Of a stretch of DNA of 52,096 nt, positions 1-12,135 are shown piece by piece. Numbering within the stretch: position 1 is the stretch's first letter; every line of letters starts with the position of its first letter. Made by a program: the position numbers and the translations under genes. Source of the DNA: Chiloscyllium plagiosum. Taxonomy: Eukaryota. The notes under the pieces were generated by a model. It was given only the letters and a program-made list of their open reading frames with translations, did no database searches and was not told the DNA's origin. The stretch spans positions 32,262-84,357 of the forward strand of contig NW_025215289.1 in assembly GCF_004010195.1 (NCBI RefSeq), in the 5' to 3' direction.

Positions 1-385
1 GAAGATCGAATAGAAACTTACAAGATAATGCATGGCTTAGAAAGGGTGGACACTGGGAAGTTGTTTCCATTAGGCAGGGAGACTAGGACCCATGGGCACA
101 GCCTTAGAATTAGAGGGGGTCAATTTAGAATGGAAATGAGACATTTCGTCAGCCAGAGAGTGGTGTGTCCGTGGAATTCATTGCCACAGAGTGCAGTGGA
201 GGCTGGGACGTTAAATGTCTTCATGGCAGAGATTGATAAATTCTTGATCTCGCAAGGAATTAAGGGCTACGGGGAGAGTGATGGTAAATGGAGTTGAAAT
301 GCTCATCAGCCATGATTAAATGGCGGAGTGGACCCGATGAGCCGAATGGCCTTACTTCCACTCCTATGTCTAATGGTCTTATGAT
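1..385 (+). mobile_element. CR1/HER1-type LINE, 3' end of ORF2 plus 3' UTR
   Basis: ORF 28-297 (GKLFPL..TRTHGHSLRIRGGQFR..FVSQRVV..WNSLPQSAVEA) is the typical CR1 ORF2 C-terminus; followed by the CR1 tail motif gccgaatggcc..actcc and (tcttatg)-like repeats. Confidence 0.9.
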
Positions 386-644
386 CCGTATGGCTTACTG
401 CTACTCCAATTGAGATTCAGAAAGGGAGATGAAACAATTGATTATAAATACACGAAAACCAGAGGAGAAAGGTTAATTGTGCTCCATATATACAGATGTT
501 GTTGAACTTGCGTTATAAAACAAAAATGACACTTTCCAGAACGGGGATCATTGCATTGATTAGGAACATTGGATACTTCCTATCCAACTCTGGAACACAC
601 AGGAAATAGGTGATTAATCTTCACCATTCCAACATAACAGCTAA

Positions 645-930
645 ACTAACAAAAGTGAGCCCAACAAGTCCACACCAACCCTTTGAAGAGCAAGCCACCC
701 AGACCATCTCCCTCTGAGTAATGCACCTAACAGAATGGCAATTTAGCATGGCCAATCCACCTGATATACACATCTTGGATTGTGGGAGGAAACGGGAGCA
801 CCCAGGCAAAACCCACACAGTCACGGAGAGAATGTGCAAACACCAGACAGACAGTTGCCCAAGGCTGGAATCAACCCTGGGTCCCTGGCTCTGTGAGGCT
901 GCAGTGCTAACCACCAAGCCACCGTGCTGT
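645..930 (-). mobile_element. HE1-type tRNA-derived SINE
   Basis: Reverse complement begins gcacggtggcttggtggttagcactgcagcctcacag..gggttgattcca (Pol III A/B-box tRNA head), followed by the HE1 body ggtggattggccatgctaaattgcc. Confidence 0.85.
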
Positions 931-1679
931 TAGAATCATTATTTTCTTGCTGAGCGTGTTAAAATGATCACATGATCATTTTGCACGGGCTGCATTGAAG
1001 CAAAATAAAAGTGATTCACTTAAAATGATCTGCCAATGCAGTGTCCTCCCCTGACATGTCAGCCTCCTGTGTGTTGCTGAGCCAAAGTACTTTGCCAGTA
1101 TAACATAGAGCCACAGATAGGTTGGTTATAGCTCTAATGTCTGCACATTTCATCGCCACAGTGTACAGACATAAAACGTCATTCAAAAAGGTGGAAAGTT
1201 CAGACTATAATAGCATCATTTTGCTCTCTGATTCAATGTATAACAAATGTGATAGATTTAAATTCATTCTTCATGAAGCCACCATTAATCCTGTCCAGTA
1301 AAAAAATATGTAAACAGTAATGCATTTCAGTTTCAAATTTTCTGCAAACAGCCAAGAGCAGGACAAATTGAAAGTGCAGACCACCAACCCATTGGCATAA
1401 AACTTGAATTGGAAAGGAATGTCTTCCCTCCCTATTTTCTTTCATCAGTATTCTCACGTGGGTTAGTAGTAAGTTCCCATTGTGACTGGCATCTTTCCTA
1501 TACCTTTGCCCAAATGTCCATTCTTTATGCCTGCTTCCTGACGGTGACTTGAACAATGGGATTTCTTTGGGCCACTCTCCTCTGCACTGACACACTGGCA
1601 CTTTCCAGAAAGGGGATCACTGCATTGCTTCCTAATGTTTGTTAGAAACATTGTTTATTAGAAGTCTACCAGTGCAATC

Positions 1680-2090
1680 AAAGGACATTTTACAGTCAAG
1701 AGTAACTTATGTAGTCATCAGCATACTAACATTGGAAATGCAACAGCCAATTTTCACACAGGAACTTCTGACAAACTGCTATGTTATAATGGTCAGATAG
1801 CCTGTATTGTATCTTGTTGTTTGCAGGATAAATACTTGCCATGACACGATGGGATGACGCATCTGGTTTCTTTCTTGTTAGTGGCATGGGCATTCATCCA
1901 CTTGAACAGACATATTGGAGCCTTTTGATTTAAAAACTAATCCAAAAGATGGTACCTCCAATAGTGCAGCACTGCCTCAGTAATCCACTGGAGTGTCAGT
2001 TTTAATTTTTATGCTTAAGTCCCGGAGTAGATGTGCAATCCAGAAATCCTGCAGCGAGATTGCTGCCAAGTGAGACGTTGCTGAGACTAA
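1680..2090 (-). mobile_element. DeuSINE (SacSINE1-like) ancient SINE
   Basis: atccaaaagatggtacctccaatagtgcagcactgcctcagtaatccactggagtgtcag matches the reverse complement of the recalled conserved SINE body; degenerate tRNA-like head near 2020-2087. Confidence 0.55.
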
Positions 2091-3459
2091 TGATTATTAG
2101 ATCTTTCTTATTTACTCATTATCAGTAAAAAATTGAATTGTAATCAAATCTGAGAATTGATTTCATTTGAGTCATGCCATGAACTATGCATGCGAGTGGG
2201 AACTCTCTGAAATCCAGTTGATCCCTGACACTGGCCCAACTGGGAATTTCACCAGTCCCTTCAAAACCCTGAAACAAATACTGCTCACATGTTGTTACGT
2301 TTAGTAGCTGTTAAACGAGGAAAATATTCACGCAAACAAGGTAACTTGAATCAATCATTAGAAGATGAGACCAACAAGTAGATATATCTATTTTAAAACA
2401 TTCTTTTTGGGTGATCATATGGCAGTCACTGTAGATTTATTCAGTCAGCATCAAAAATGCATTGCATGTTGTAGTGACGACTAGGGACCAGGGACCAGGG
2501 ACAACTGACCAGCTGTGCTGCCTGACATTCCTATAGACTAGCAATGTTGTTATTAATCCTGAGCTCCATGATTTGCGATGCACATTAAATTGAGTTTGTG
2601 TGAAAGACTTATAGAGCAGCAGTGCAGTCCGATTCAGTTTGCAAGGTATGCGTCTGTTCTGTGCTGGAAAATAATGCATTTACTCTGTGATCTATTTTAA
2701 GTGACAGGGCTATGTAGATTGGCAATGGAGAGAAGAAAGACTTTGATAAATTAAGTCTATCGACTTCTGAGCTGACAATTTGAGTTCTGTGGACTGGATG
2801 ATTGGAGAAATCACTTTAGTTATAGTTTATTCTGCTTTGAGCATAACTGATCTTTTTCTCAAATCAAAGTTCACTGCTCGCTTCACGTTATGTTTATTTT
2901 GTTTCGGATCGTTATGTAAAGAATGTCCACAGGTTCGTTAGTCTTGTTGGAACATGTTGATTGTGAAACCATCCAGATTCCCTTCTGCTTTCTCCCCTCC
3001 TCACAAGTTCACTTTTCCAGTTTCAGTCTTGGGGTCTGTCTGGGCAACAACAGAACGGGGCAGGCTTTTTTTGTTGGAAGTTGGTTGGTGGTACAGGAAG
3101 TGGTTTGGCTTTCTTTCACAGAAATTGCTTGTGTGCCAGTATTCAGCCAAGTGAGAGATCAGGATCTGGGCATTAAAATTCAATTGATTTGACATTTTCT
3201 TCCCCTCCATCATATGGGTTGAAAGAGGGATCAGTTGAAAGGTCCCATTCCAATACTTTGCTGCCGAAAACAATCCATTCTTAGCCAAACCCATGTTCTC
3301 AAGAGAATAAATAATAAGTAAGGAGTGGTTTCAAAGTGCAAGGGAACCCAGATGACATTAGTAACCACGAGGTGACTGTTCGGTTAAATTAACTTGAGTA
3401 CTGGGAAATGTTTGGAGCTGATTCTGTTTATTTATCATACTGTCTTTTGACACACACAA

Positions 3460-3680
3460 TATTAGCCACTGAGCTGGGGGTTAATAGAACATCAGGCAAG
3501 ATTTGAAGTGGTCAGCTTTGCATTCCCGTGCAGTAAAGAGGGAGGGCTGCATTTTCAGAGATGTTGCTGTTAAACCAATACCCCGGCAGTCCTCTCAGGT
3601 GAACGGAAAAATTGCCATGTGACTCTACTCAAAGAAGAGCAAAGGAATTTTCCCAGTGTCCAGAATTGTATTATTTGTAA
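3460..3680 (+). mobile_element. DeuSINE (SacSINE1-like) fragment
   Basis: cccgtgcagtaaagagggagggctgca..gttaaacc..ctctcaggtgaacggaaaaattgccatg..aagaagagca resembles the same family as 1680-2090, in opposite orientation. Confidence 0.5.
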
Positions 3681-4820
3681 CAAAGAAGACATGTTTATTC
3701 TAGGTGAATTTCCATAAGGGTGCAATTTTACATGATTCTATAAACAAAGGTATATGGCAGTTTTCAGTACAAATTTCAGCAGTCCACATGTACTTTTTGA
3801 AAGTGATAGTATTACACACATGTCACTTTCTACATGGAAAGGCTCCAGTTGTTAGCATAGTGGCCAAGTTGTTGCTTTTCTATCATCTGTGTATTCAGTG
3901 TTCCTGGACCGGAAATTTACTGAAAACTTGCAGCAACATTCTTGGAAATTTGTGACATCCACGGTAGGAAAAATTGATCTCCAGTTTGGGAGATTGTTTT
4001 CACAATTCGACATAGGCACTTGTTATTGCTAACAAATTGTTATTTATTTTTCTTATTAGACTTCATTGCATATTGTGGCCCTTAAATACACTTTTCTCCC
4101 CAATCATTTGGGACAGAGATGAGTGGTTAACTAAACAGTGCTTTGTTTTTATTATTCAATTTAATTTACTCATTCGATTTGATCTACTCATTCCTGATTA
4201 TATTCCTATCAGTTTCAGGGAGATGAGAATTAAGCGCAGTATGCATAGACACCAGGTTATATTGTTTAATTCCAATCAGAAGATAATATTTCTGCTGCAC
4301 TGGCAAACACACAGGGAACTTATCAGAGCCACGTGATTGTGCCAGAGTCCAGAGTCTAGGACACATCCGAAGTTAGCATTAAAGTTAAAGATTTCTTTCA
4401 GTGTAAACGTAGAGATGACCCATAAAAAAAAGTGTAACTTCAGCGTGTTATGTGGATTTTTACATTCATCCTGTGCTTCCATAGAATGGAAATTGTGCAT
4501 GTTGCATGATAGTTGATAATTTTAATGATTTAATATCAACTGTTCAAAGCTAAAATGACCATATTATTTAAACTCTAATTTTTGATTACCTTCTAGATCC
4601 AGACAGTTTGTTTTTCTAAACTATTGCTGTTTGAACTGGACCGATGTTGCATGTATAGGTCGACAAGAATACCTGAGTGATCTGTTTTGAGTCAATAAAT
4701 CTGTATTCCAGTAAGAGCTGGGACATTCAGGAGAAAATATGCTGTGCTCTGTGCTCCTGTGTACAGAATTAGCTGATGTCACAATTTCCTCACTTGCAAA
4801 ATGTCCTGGCACCATTGGGA

Positions 4821-5026
4821 TGACCTATCACCTCCATCCCCACCCCCAATCATCTATTGTACTCTATGCTACTTTCTCCCCAACCCCACACCCTCTCATT
4901 TATCTCTCCACTCTGCAGGCACCCTGCCTCTATTCCTGATGAAGGGCTTTTGCCCGAAACGTCGATTTTCTTGCTTCTCAGATGCTGCCTGACCTGCTGT
5001 GCTTTTCCAGCACGACTCTAATCTAG
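4821..5026 (+). mobile_element. Penelope-like element 3' terminal fragment
   Basis: C-rich tract followed by ctgatgaagggc..gcccgaaacgtcga..gatgctgcctgacctgctgtgcttttccagc; same terminus as the GIY-YIG-bearing copies at 36079-36738 and 45590-46250; imperfect flanking repeat accattggga (4811) / accactggga (5027). Confidence 0.8.
4932..4967 (+). ncRNA. Minimal hammerhead ribozyme motif (family A)
   Basis: attc CTGATGA a gggc-tttt-gccc GAAAC GTC gatt: catalytic boxes, 4-bp stem II and GUC cleavage triplet all present. Confidence 0.75.
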
Positions 5027-5109
5027 ACCACTGGGACGTTGTTCATCATGTGTCAAGGCCACATTTTCATGTGCCACCAGTTAACGATGGATATCATACT
5101 AACCAATGT

Positions 5110-5400
5110 AAATATAAATTAGGAGCAGCAGTTCGCCTTTCATCCCCTCAAATCTACTCCACCATTTGATAAAACTAAGTTGATCTGATTATGACCTCTG
5201 CTCTACTTCCTGTCTACTCCCTGCACCTGCTGACTATATTGTCAGTCAAGAATTAACACAAAAATATTCAATGACCTGGCCTCCATTGCACTCTTTAGAA
5301 GAGATTTCCATAGGTTAATGACTCTTTGAAAGTAGAAAATGCTCTTCATCTTCACCTAATCCCCAATTTTTGAACTTTGTCTCATAGTTCTATTCCCCAT
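5110..5400 (-). mobile_element. CR1 LINE 3' fragment, degenerate
   Basis: Reverse-complement CR1 tail (aattaggagcagcagt..cccctcaaatctactccaccatt) and ORF2 end. Confidence 0.65.
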
Positions 5401-5744
5401 TCATGCAATATATTATACAAATGTTGTATAACTGGTATAGTATATAACTATGCAATATATTACATTTGAGTATCATGGTATTGTACTCATGTAAAGCGGT
5501 AATGTCTGGGGAAGGTTTGTTCAGGCTACCAGTGTTAAAACTGCATTATTGGACTAGAAGAGTTACCTAGCAACCCTGTTGTCCAAGTGCAGTCAATATG
5601 CCACTTGTAACTGGGCAGTGTAGCTACTGAAACAGGCTTGCTGTATCCAACAGCAAGAGCTTTGAATTATCTACATTGTGGTGTTATTGCTGTAGATACT
5701 TTTTCCAGCCAAAATAATCACAAAATCTTCAACATTTAACATCT

Positions 5745-6430
5745 TTCTTTGTGTTTCAATGGCATTGCCATCACTGAATCTCTGACTGTCAACATCCTAG
5801 GGGTTACCATTGAGTATAAACTACGTAAATACTGTGACCACAGGAGCAGTAATTCTGTGGTGAGTAACTCATTTTTTTCACAACGCCTATCCATCATCAA
5901 CAAGGCATAAGTCAGGAATGTGATGGAATACTCCCCTTTGGCTTGGTTGGGTGAAACTCCAACCTACAACACTCGAGACGCTTGACACCATTCAGTACAA
6001 AACAACCCACCAGATTGTTGTTTCATCCACCACCTTCAACATTCACTACTGTCTCCATCTACATAGTGGTAGCAATGAGTACTATCTTTAAGGTATACTG
6101 CAGTATCCCACAAGGCTCTTCCAACAGCACCTTCTGAACTCACAACCTCTGCGATTAGAAGGATAGAGCAGCAGATGCATGGAAACACCACTACCTCCAA
6201 GTTCCTCTCCAAGCCTCTCACCATTCTGAGTTGGAAATATATCACCATTCCTTCAGTGTTGCTGGGTCAAATTCCTGGAATTTCCTTCCTAACAGTACTG
6301 TGGATGTATGTACATTACATGGACAACAGTGGTTCAAAAAGGCACTTACCACCAACTTAAGGGCGGTTAGGGATGGGCAAAAATGCTGCCCCCGCTGATG
6401 ACAGCACATCTCATAAATAAATAACAAAAG
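5745..6430 (+). mobile_element. CR1-like LINE (second family) 3' portion
   Basis: ttcaatggcattgccatcactgaatc..tcaggaatgtgatggaatactcccc..; ends gggcggttagggatgggcaaaaatgctg followed by an A-rich tail. Confidence 0.75.
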
Positions 6431-8499
6431 AAAATAGTCCGAACATTAGTAAAATTTATTTGCAAAGCATCTGAGTTTCCAAATGATAGTAAAAATGGTT
6501 TTGATTTTTTTTAAGTGAACTCTGTACTTTTGTGTATGACGAATCCAAATACAAATCCACGAACTTACATGTTGCGACACTTTCACTTCAACCCCAGTCA
6601 ACTCTGAAACTATTTCAGCAAAGTCCATTTTGTGTTCAAGGATTTTGATATGGGACTTTATCATGGATAAAAATAAAAGCAAAAATACCACAGCACGTTT
6701 TTATCACAAGACATACAATACTGGGGTCTGACTGTTAAAAGATCACCAAGTAGTCCTTTCCATGTGACAGTTTGCTAAAGAGAGCCTTTTCCAGCCCTGC
6801 TTTTACAGCTTTGCATTAATGAACTTGAACTTGATAAGCTCTTTGAACATATGTGGTTCTGCTCATGAACACCTATGATTGCACAGCTGCACAGTTCAGC
6901 TAAGAGTGTCCATTTGTTTGAATAAAGCTTAAAAAAAAAAGAGTTAACTTTAATAATAAAAATGGCAGGGAGTGAAAGAGAGAGTATAATGAGGCTTTTT
7001 AGAAAGATCAGTCATGTTTGAATATATTGAAGTTTTATGTCAAGGGTATTTGAGAATAAATATTGGATGAGAAATAGGCCATTTAGCCTCTCTTGGAGAA
7101 TTGGGCTAGCATTGGACAAGCAGGCAACATGGATGTGTGGTATTTAGTTAATAAAGTGAGTTTAAGATGATAATGGGGGGAAAGCACAAGGTCTTGTGGA
7201 GAAAAGCCCTGCATGAAACTTGATGATTTTCATAGTTATTATGTGGTAAGACTTGGCCCTTGGTTTATATCTTTATGTATAAAAATGGTTCCTGTTTTTC
7301 TTCCTGAATCAGCTCATTTAAAAAAAAGAAGTCTTTCATTCCTTCCTCTTTAAACTCCAGATTCTTGTGCGATGTGTCACAGCTGATACACAATGTACCA
7401 TTAAGAGACATGCTTCTGATATCATAACATAATTTAGTGTTATAAAGACCTCAATCTCCATCTTATTGAGTCTTCTTGCAGCATGAGACACTGAGGAAAG
7501 CCTGCTACAGTTTATATCTGAATTGCTTAGCTTTAACATGGACATTTTTGAGCTTCTGCTTCCAAAGATATAGATATCATGTGCTATAACAAAGTCTAGA
7601 ATTCTTTGGTACCACATTACTCACGTCTCACTCTTATCTTATATGAGTTAAGGTAAGTTTCTATTTATAAAGTATAAATACCCTGCTGAAAGTAAAAAAA
7701 AAATACATCTTCAGTAGATTAGGAGGACAGATGGATATGGGTTAGCAACTGTGGCCCTTTGTAAACCAATGAATCCCAGATCCCAAGTATCACATCAAAC
7801 ACACGATATAAAAATGTTCTGATCACTGAAAAGGCTTTCACGTCTCACCACTGGACATCAACAAAATTGATTAAATGAATAATACTAATAAGTGGTTTCC
7901 TTAAATGGAGAGAAACAGGAAGCCCAATCTGATTTGAATCTATCTATTGGTCCTCATTTGGTGAAAAAGAATTAACATCAGAAACGTTAACTTAATGATC
8001 AAAATACCTCATAATTAATCTGCAACAGTACTTATTGATACCATTTTCCATGTACTGTAAATAACATTTTAAATAATTGCACAAGTGTCAGCAAAAATTG
8101 TTGATTTCCAACTGGAATCATTAGAACTGGGTGGGAAAATGTTTTTGCTTCCCAAATTATCCATCTTGTGTTTTGCATAGGAATATTTTTACAGATCATT
8201 ATTGGCCACCAAATGCAAGTTGGTTGATCCAATTAAAACAGGAATTGATGCATACATCTGCCAAAACTAAAATCTTCCATCACAAACTACATTTAAACAG
8301 GTTATAGTAGCAGAGGCTTTGCTGACATGCTCGTGTGTATTTGTGAACTGACTGAGAGCAGCTAGAATGGTTGCTGTGTTTCCAAGCTCATGGAGACAGG
8401 AGGACAAATAAAGTGGAACATACTGGGTTAGGATTGACAATGGAAGAGTTAGTTGCTATGGTGCTTTTTAAAAGTGCTTTACAATTATTCAGACTGTGG

Positions 8500-8775
8500 A
8501 GGCCACACTTGAATGACTGTCTGTGTGGAGTTTGCGCATTTTCCCCATATTTGCATGAGTTTCCTTTGGGTGCTCTTGCTTCCTCCCACATTCTAACGAT
8601 GTGCAGATTAGGTGGATCAGCCATGGGAAATGCAAGGTTACAGGGATGGGGAGAGGGGATGGGTGGGTGAGAGGAAGGTGGGGAAGGGTGGATCTGCGTG
8701 AGATGCTCTTCAGAGGGTTGGTGTGGATTCAATGGGCCAAATGGCCTGCTTCCACACTGTAGGGATTCTATGATC
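8500..8775 (+). mobile_element. HE1-type SINE, 5' degenerate
   Basis: gactgtctgtgtggagtttgc..ttcctcccaca..tail gggccaaatggcctgcttccacactgtagggattctatgat. Confidence 0.8.
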
Positions 8776-8779
8776 AGAA

Positions 8780-9115
8780 GCATAATAAGAGCATAAGTTT
8801 AGAAGCAGGAACAGAGCATTTGATCATTCAAGCTTGCTCTGCCATTCAAAAAAGACCATGGCTGTTCTGATTATGGTTTTAGCACCACTTTCCTGACTTG
8901 TTTGTATTTCAAATATGTATCGAACCGAATCTTTGGTAACCCAACATCCATTGCTCTCTAGGGAAGAAAGTTTCACAGAGTAATGACCCTCTAGGAGACA
9001 AAGAATCTTGTCATTGAGTCATAGAATCACACAGCATGAAAACAGACCCTTTGGTCCAACTCATCGAGCTACGAAGGCATCCCAATCTGATCTACTCCCA
9101 TTTACCAGCATTCAT
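8780..9115 (-). mobile_element. Two short CR1 3'-end fragments
   Basis: Reverse-complement CR1 tails starting at about 8790 and 9018 (gagtcatagaatcacacagcatgaaaacagaccct). Confidence 0.6.
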
Positions 9116-9609
9116 GCATCACGTATAGATTCAAACAAACTGAGCAACCACAATGATCACTGCTCTGGCATTCAGTTACAGATATAGCATGGTGTTAGCT
9201 TCTTTGCTGAGAATTAAACAAGAGAATTACAGGGCAAATCTGCCAAAAGAACAAAATAAAACAAAGGTGCTTTTCTCTCCAAAGTGAATCTAAATATTAG
9301 GTTGCCAAAACAATGGAGGACAATTGTTTTGTATTTAACCAGAAGCTCCTCTGGACAGTCACTGTGCTTTCGGACCTCTCGTGAGGATGATGTTAGCAAT
9401 CTTTCAAATTACAGGCTGGCTGTGGTTGGCACTGCATACTCATAAGACACTTTATAAAATGGGATTTGATGTGGGTGGTGGAAGATCTGACCATGGAATG
9501 AAAACTGTTTGCAACACAATGGACCTGATCTCTGGGACAAAGGGCCTATTTGTGAGTGGGGATCCTGAGTCATTTGGTGCTGTACTGCCATGTCTGGGGC
9601 AGATATAAT

Positions 9610-9860
9610 TTGACATTACCTTCCAAATCCTCCATTTCTACCACCCAAAAAGACAAGGGTGTAAGGTGCATGGGAAGCCCACAAATTACAAGTTCATCTC
9701 CAAGTTACGTATCATCTTGACCTGTCGCTGTTCATTCATTGTTACTAGATCAAAATTGTTGACCTAATGCCTTTTACTACATGGATGTCTCATGATATCA
9801 TCTTCTTCAGAACAGTTAAGGTTGGGCAACATTGATGATTTATCCCAGTGATTCTTTTCA
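9610..9860 (+). mobile_element. CR1-like LINE 3' fragment
   Basis: Degenerate match to 6120-6400 (accttccaaatcc..gcatgggaa..caagttcatctccaag). Confidence 0.55.
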
Positions 9861-10077
9861 GAGGTATACCATTGACTGTAAAGGGCTTTAGGACATGAAA
9901 AGCACTAAATGCAATCTTTGTTTCTTTAAGAATGATAATAAAATGTTATTTCTTCAAATTAGCAAGTAACACTAGTTTGCTTTTAGAGAAAGTAAGGACT
10001 ACAGATGCTGGAGATCAGAGTTGAGAGTGTGGTGCTGGAAAAGCACAGCAGGTCAGGCAGCATCCAAGGAACAGAAG

Positions 10078-10113
10078 AATCGACGTTTCGGGCATAAACC
10101 CTTCATCAGGAAT
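10078..10113 (-). ncRNA. Minimal hammerhead ribozyme motif (family A)
   Basis: Reverse complement: attc CTGATGA a gggt-ttat-gccc GAAAC GTC gatt. Confidence 0.7.
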
Positions 10114-10121
10114 GAGCCCTC

Positions 10122-10157
10122 ATTCCTGATGAATGGCTCATGCCTGAAACGTCGATT
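10122..10157 (+). ncRNA. Hammerhead motif (family A), stem II weakened
   Basis: attc CTGATGA a tggc-tcat-gcct GAAAC GTC gatt. Confidence 0.55.
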
Positions 10158-10274
10158 CTCCTATTCCTAGTTTGCTTTTACATTGACCAGTGCTCAAGGA
10201 TCGAATAGAGTACATTGCAGTGTGTGTATTAGGATCCATTGATTTCTCTTAACATTTAGGAACAAAGAGTAATA

Positions 10275-10640
10275 GTTCGTACAGATTGAGAACAGAACCT
10301 TCTGTCCACTCCTCCATGCCAATCAGATATCCTAAGATGATCTAGTCCCATTTGCCAACATTTGGCCCTCTAATCCCTTCCTATTCATGTACCCATCCAG
10401 ATGCCTTTAAATGTTGTAATTACAGCAGTCTCTATTACTTCCTCTGACAGCTCATTCCATACATGCACCACCTTCTGTGTGAAAACGTTGCCCCTCAGGT
10501 CTGTTTTAAATGTTTTCCCTCTCATCTTAAACCTATGCCCTCTAGTTTTGGACTCTCCAAACCTGGGAAAAAGACCTTGGGTATTCACCCTATCTATGCC
10601 CATCATGATTTTATAAACCTCAGGCTCTGACTCTCCAGGG
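10275..10640 (-). mobile_element. CR1/HER1 LINE 3' fragment
   Basis: ORF 10385-10702: EVYKIMMGIDRVNTQGLFPRFGESKTRGHRFKMRG..VFTQKVVHVWNEL. Confidence 0.9.
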
Positions 10641-10642
10641 GA

Positions 10643-11246
10643 GCATAGAACATAGAAAAGTACAGCATAGAACAGGCTCTTCAGCCCATGATGTTGTGCC
10701 AAGGATTAATCCTAACCTAAAATAAATAAACTAACCTATGCACCCCTCAATTCAGTTCTGTTCATGTGCTTGTCCAGCAGTTGCTTAAATGACTCTGCTT
10801 CCACCACTACCGCTGGCAACGCATTCCATGCATTCACAACTCTCTGCATAAAGAACCTAGCTCTGACGTCTCCAATATACCTTCCTCCTAACACCTTAAA
10901 ACTATGACCCCTTGTGGAGGTTAGTTCTGCCCTGGGGAAAAGTCTCTGGCTATCAATATTATCCATCATGCCTCTCATTAACTTGTATACATCGATCAGG
11001 TCACCGTCTTCCTCCTTCTGTCCAGAGAGAAAAGCCCAAGCTTAGTCAAATCTTCTTTGTAAGACAAGCCTTCCAATCCAGGAAACATCCTGGTAAACCT
11101 TCTTTGCACCCTCTCCAAAGCCTCCAGATCTTTCCTGTAACAGGGCGACGAGAACAATATTCCAAGTGTGGTCTCACCAGCGTTATGTAGAGCTGCAGCA
11201 AAATCTTGCGGCTCTTAAACTCAATCTCCCTGTTAATGAAAGCCAA
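10643..11246 (-). mobile_element. CR1/HER1 LINE 3' fragment
   Basis: AFINREIEFKSRKILLQLYITLVRPHLEYC and RLFPRAELTSTRGHSFKVLGGRY; tail (catagaa)n at 10644-10657. Confidence 0.9.
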
Positions 11247-11284
11247 ATGTTGTGGTTCTGTTCGCTGAGCTGGAAATTTTTGTT

Positions 11285-11324
11285 GCAAACGTTTCGTCCC
11301 CTGTCCAGGTGACATCCTCAGTGC
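11285..11324 (-). ncRNA. Minimal hammerhead ribozyme motif (family C)
   Basis: Reverse complement: gca CTGAGGA t gtc..gac GAAAC GTT tgc; stem I gca/tgc, stem II closed by gtc/gac, GUU triplet. Confidence 0.75.
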
Positions 11325-12095
11325 TTGGGAGCCTCCTGTGAAGCGCTTCTGTGGTGTTTCCTCCGGCATTTATAGTGGCCTGTCCCTGCCGCTTCCGGTT
11401 GTCAGTTCCAGCTGTCCGCTGTAGTGACCGGTATATTGGGTCCAGGTCGATGTGTTTGTTGATGGAGTTTGTGGATGACTGCACAAAACACTATATAGGA
11501 CAAACAGGAAGACAGCTAACAATCCGCATCCATGAACATCAACTAGCGGTATCGGGTCCTTCGTTTTGGTGAGTTGTTGTCTGAGAGTGGCTGTTGGTTT
11601 GTGTGCTGTTATAAGTCCTAGTGGTCGCAGTAGTCTGGCTGTCAGTTCTGAAATGCTCCTGATGTATGGTAGTGTGGCTAGTCCTTTTGGTTGTGGCGTG
11701 TCCTCGTTCCGTTGTCTTTCTCTTAGGCATCTGTTGATGAAATTGCGTGGGTATCCGTTTTTGGCGAATACCTTGTACAGGTGTTCCTCTTCCTCTTTTT
11801 GCAGTTCCTCTTTGACATANNNNNNNNNNNNNNNNNNNNNNNNNNNNNNNNNNNNNNNNNNNNNNNNNNNNNNNNNNNNNNACTACCGTTCCTCTTTGAC
11901 ATAAACAAAGAACAGCTAGGGAATTCCTAGAAGCATGGCACTCATCCACAAACTCCATCAACAAACACATCGACCTGGACCCAATATACCGGCCACTACA
12001 GCGGACAGCTGAAACTGACAACCGGAAGCGGCAGGGACAGGCCACTATAAATGCCGGAGGAAACACCACAGAAGCGCTCCACAGGAGGCCCCCAA

Positions 12096-12135
12096 GCACT
12101 GAGGATGTCACCTAGACAAGGGACGAAACGTTTGC
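12096..12135 (+). ncRNA. Minimal hammerhead ribozyme motif (family C)
   Basis: gca CTGAGGA t gtcacctagacaagggac GAAAC GTT tgc. Confidence 0.75.

Larger units (their letters stand above)
9986..10166. mobile_element. Miniature inverted Penelope-derived insert with 14-bp TSD
   Basis: Flanked by ctagtttgctttta at 9972-9985 and 10167-10180; a minus-strand arm followed by a plus-strand arm, each containing the hammerhead motif. Confidence 0.85.

Noticed and set aside
850..930. tRNA gene
   Set aside because: A/B boxes are present but continue into the HE1 SINE body; no complete cloverleaf. The same applies at 21590 and 24430-24490.
2923..3294. Possible exon (pyrimidine tract plus cag at about 3020, gtgaga at 3151)
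   Set aside because: No frame resembles a protein I recognise; splice-like signals alone are insufficient.
7340..7660. Acceptor at 7360 and strong donor aag|gtaagt at about 7652
   Set aside because: All three frames between them contain stops; a non-coding exon cannot be supported without RNA data.
7960..7995. gaaacgttaac as another hammerhead
   Set aside because: No CUGANGA box or stem II upstream.
9409..9556. Open frame between ttacag and gtgagt
   Set aside because: The peptide (WLWLALHTHKTLYKMG..) has no recognisable homology.
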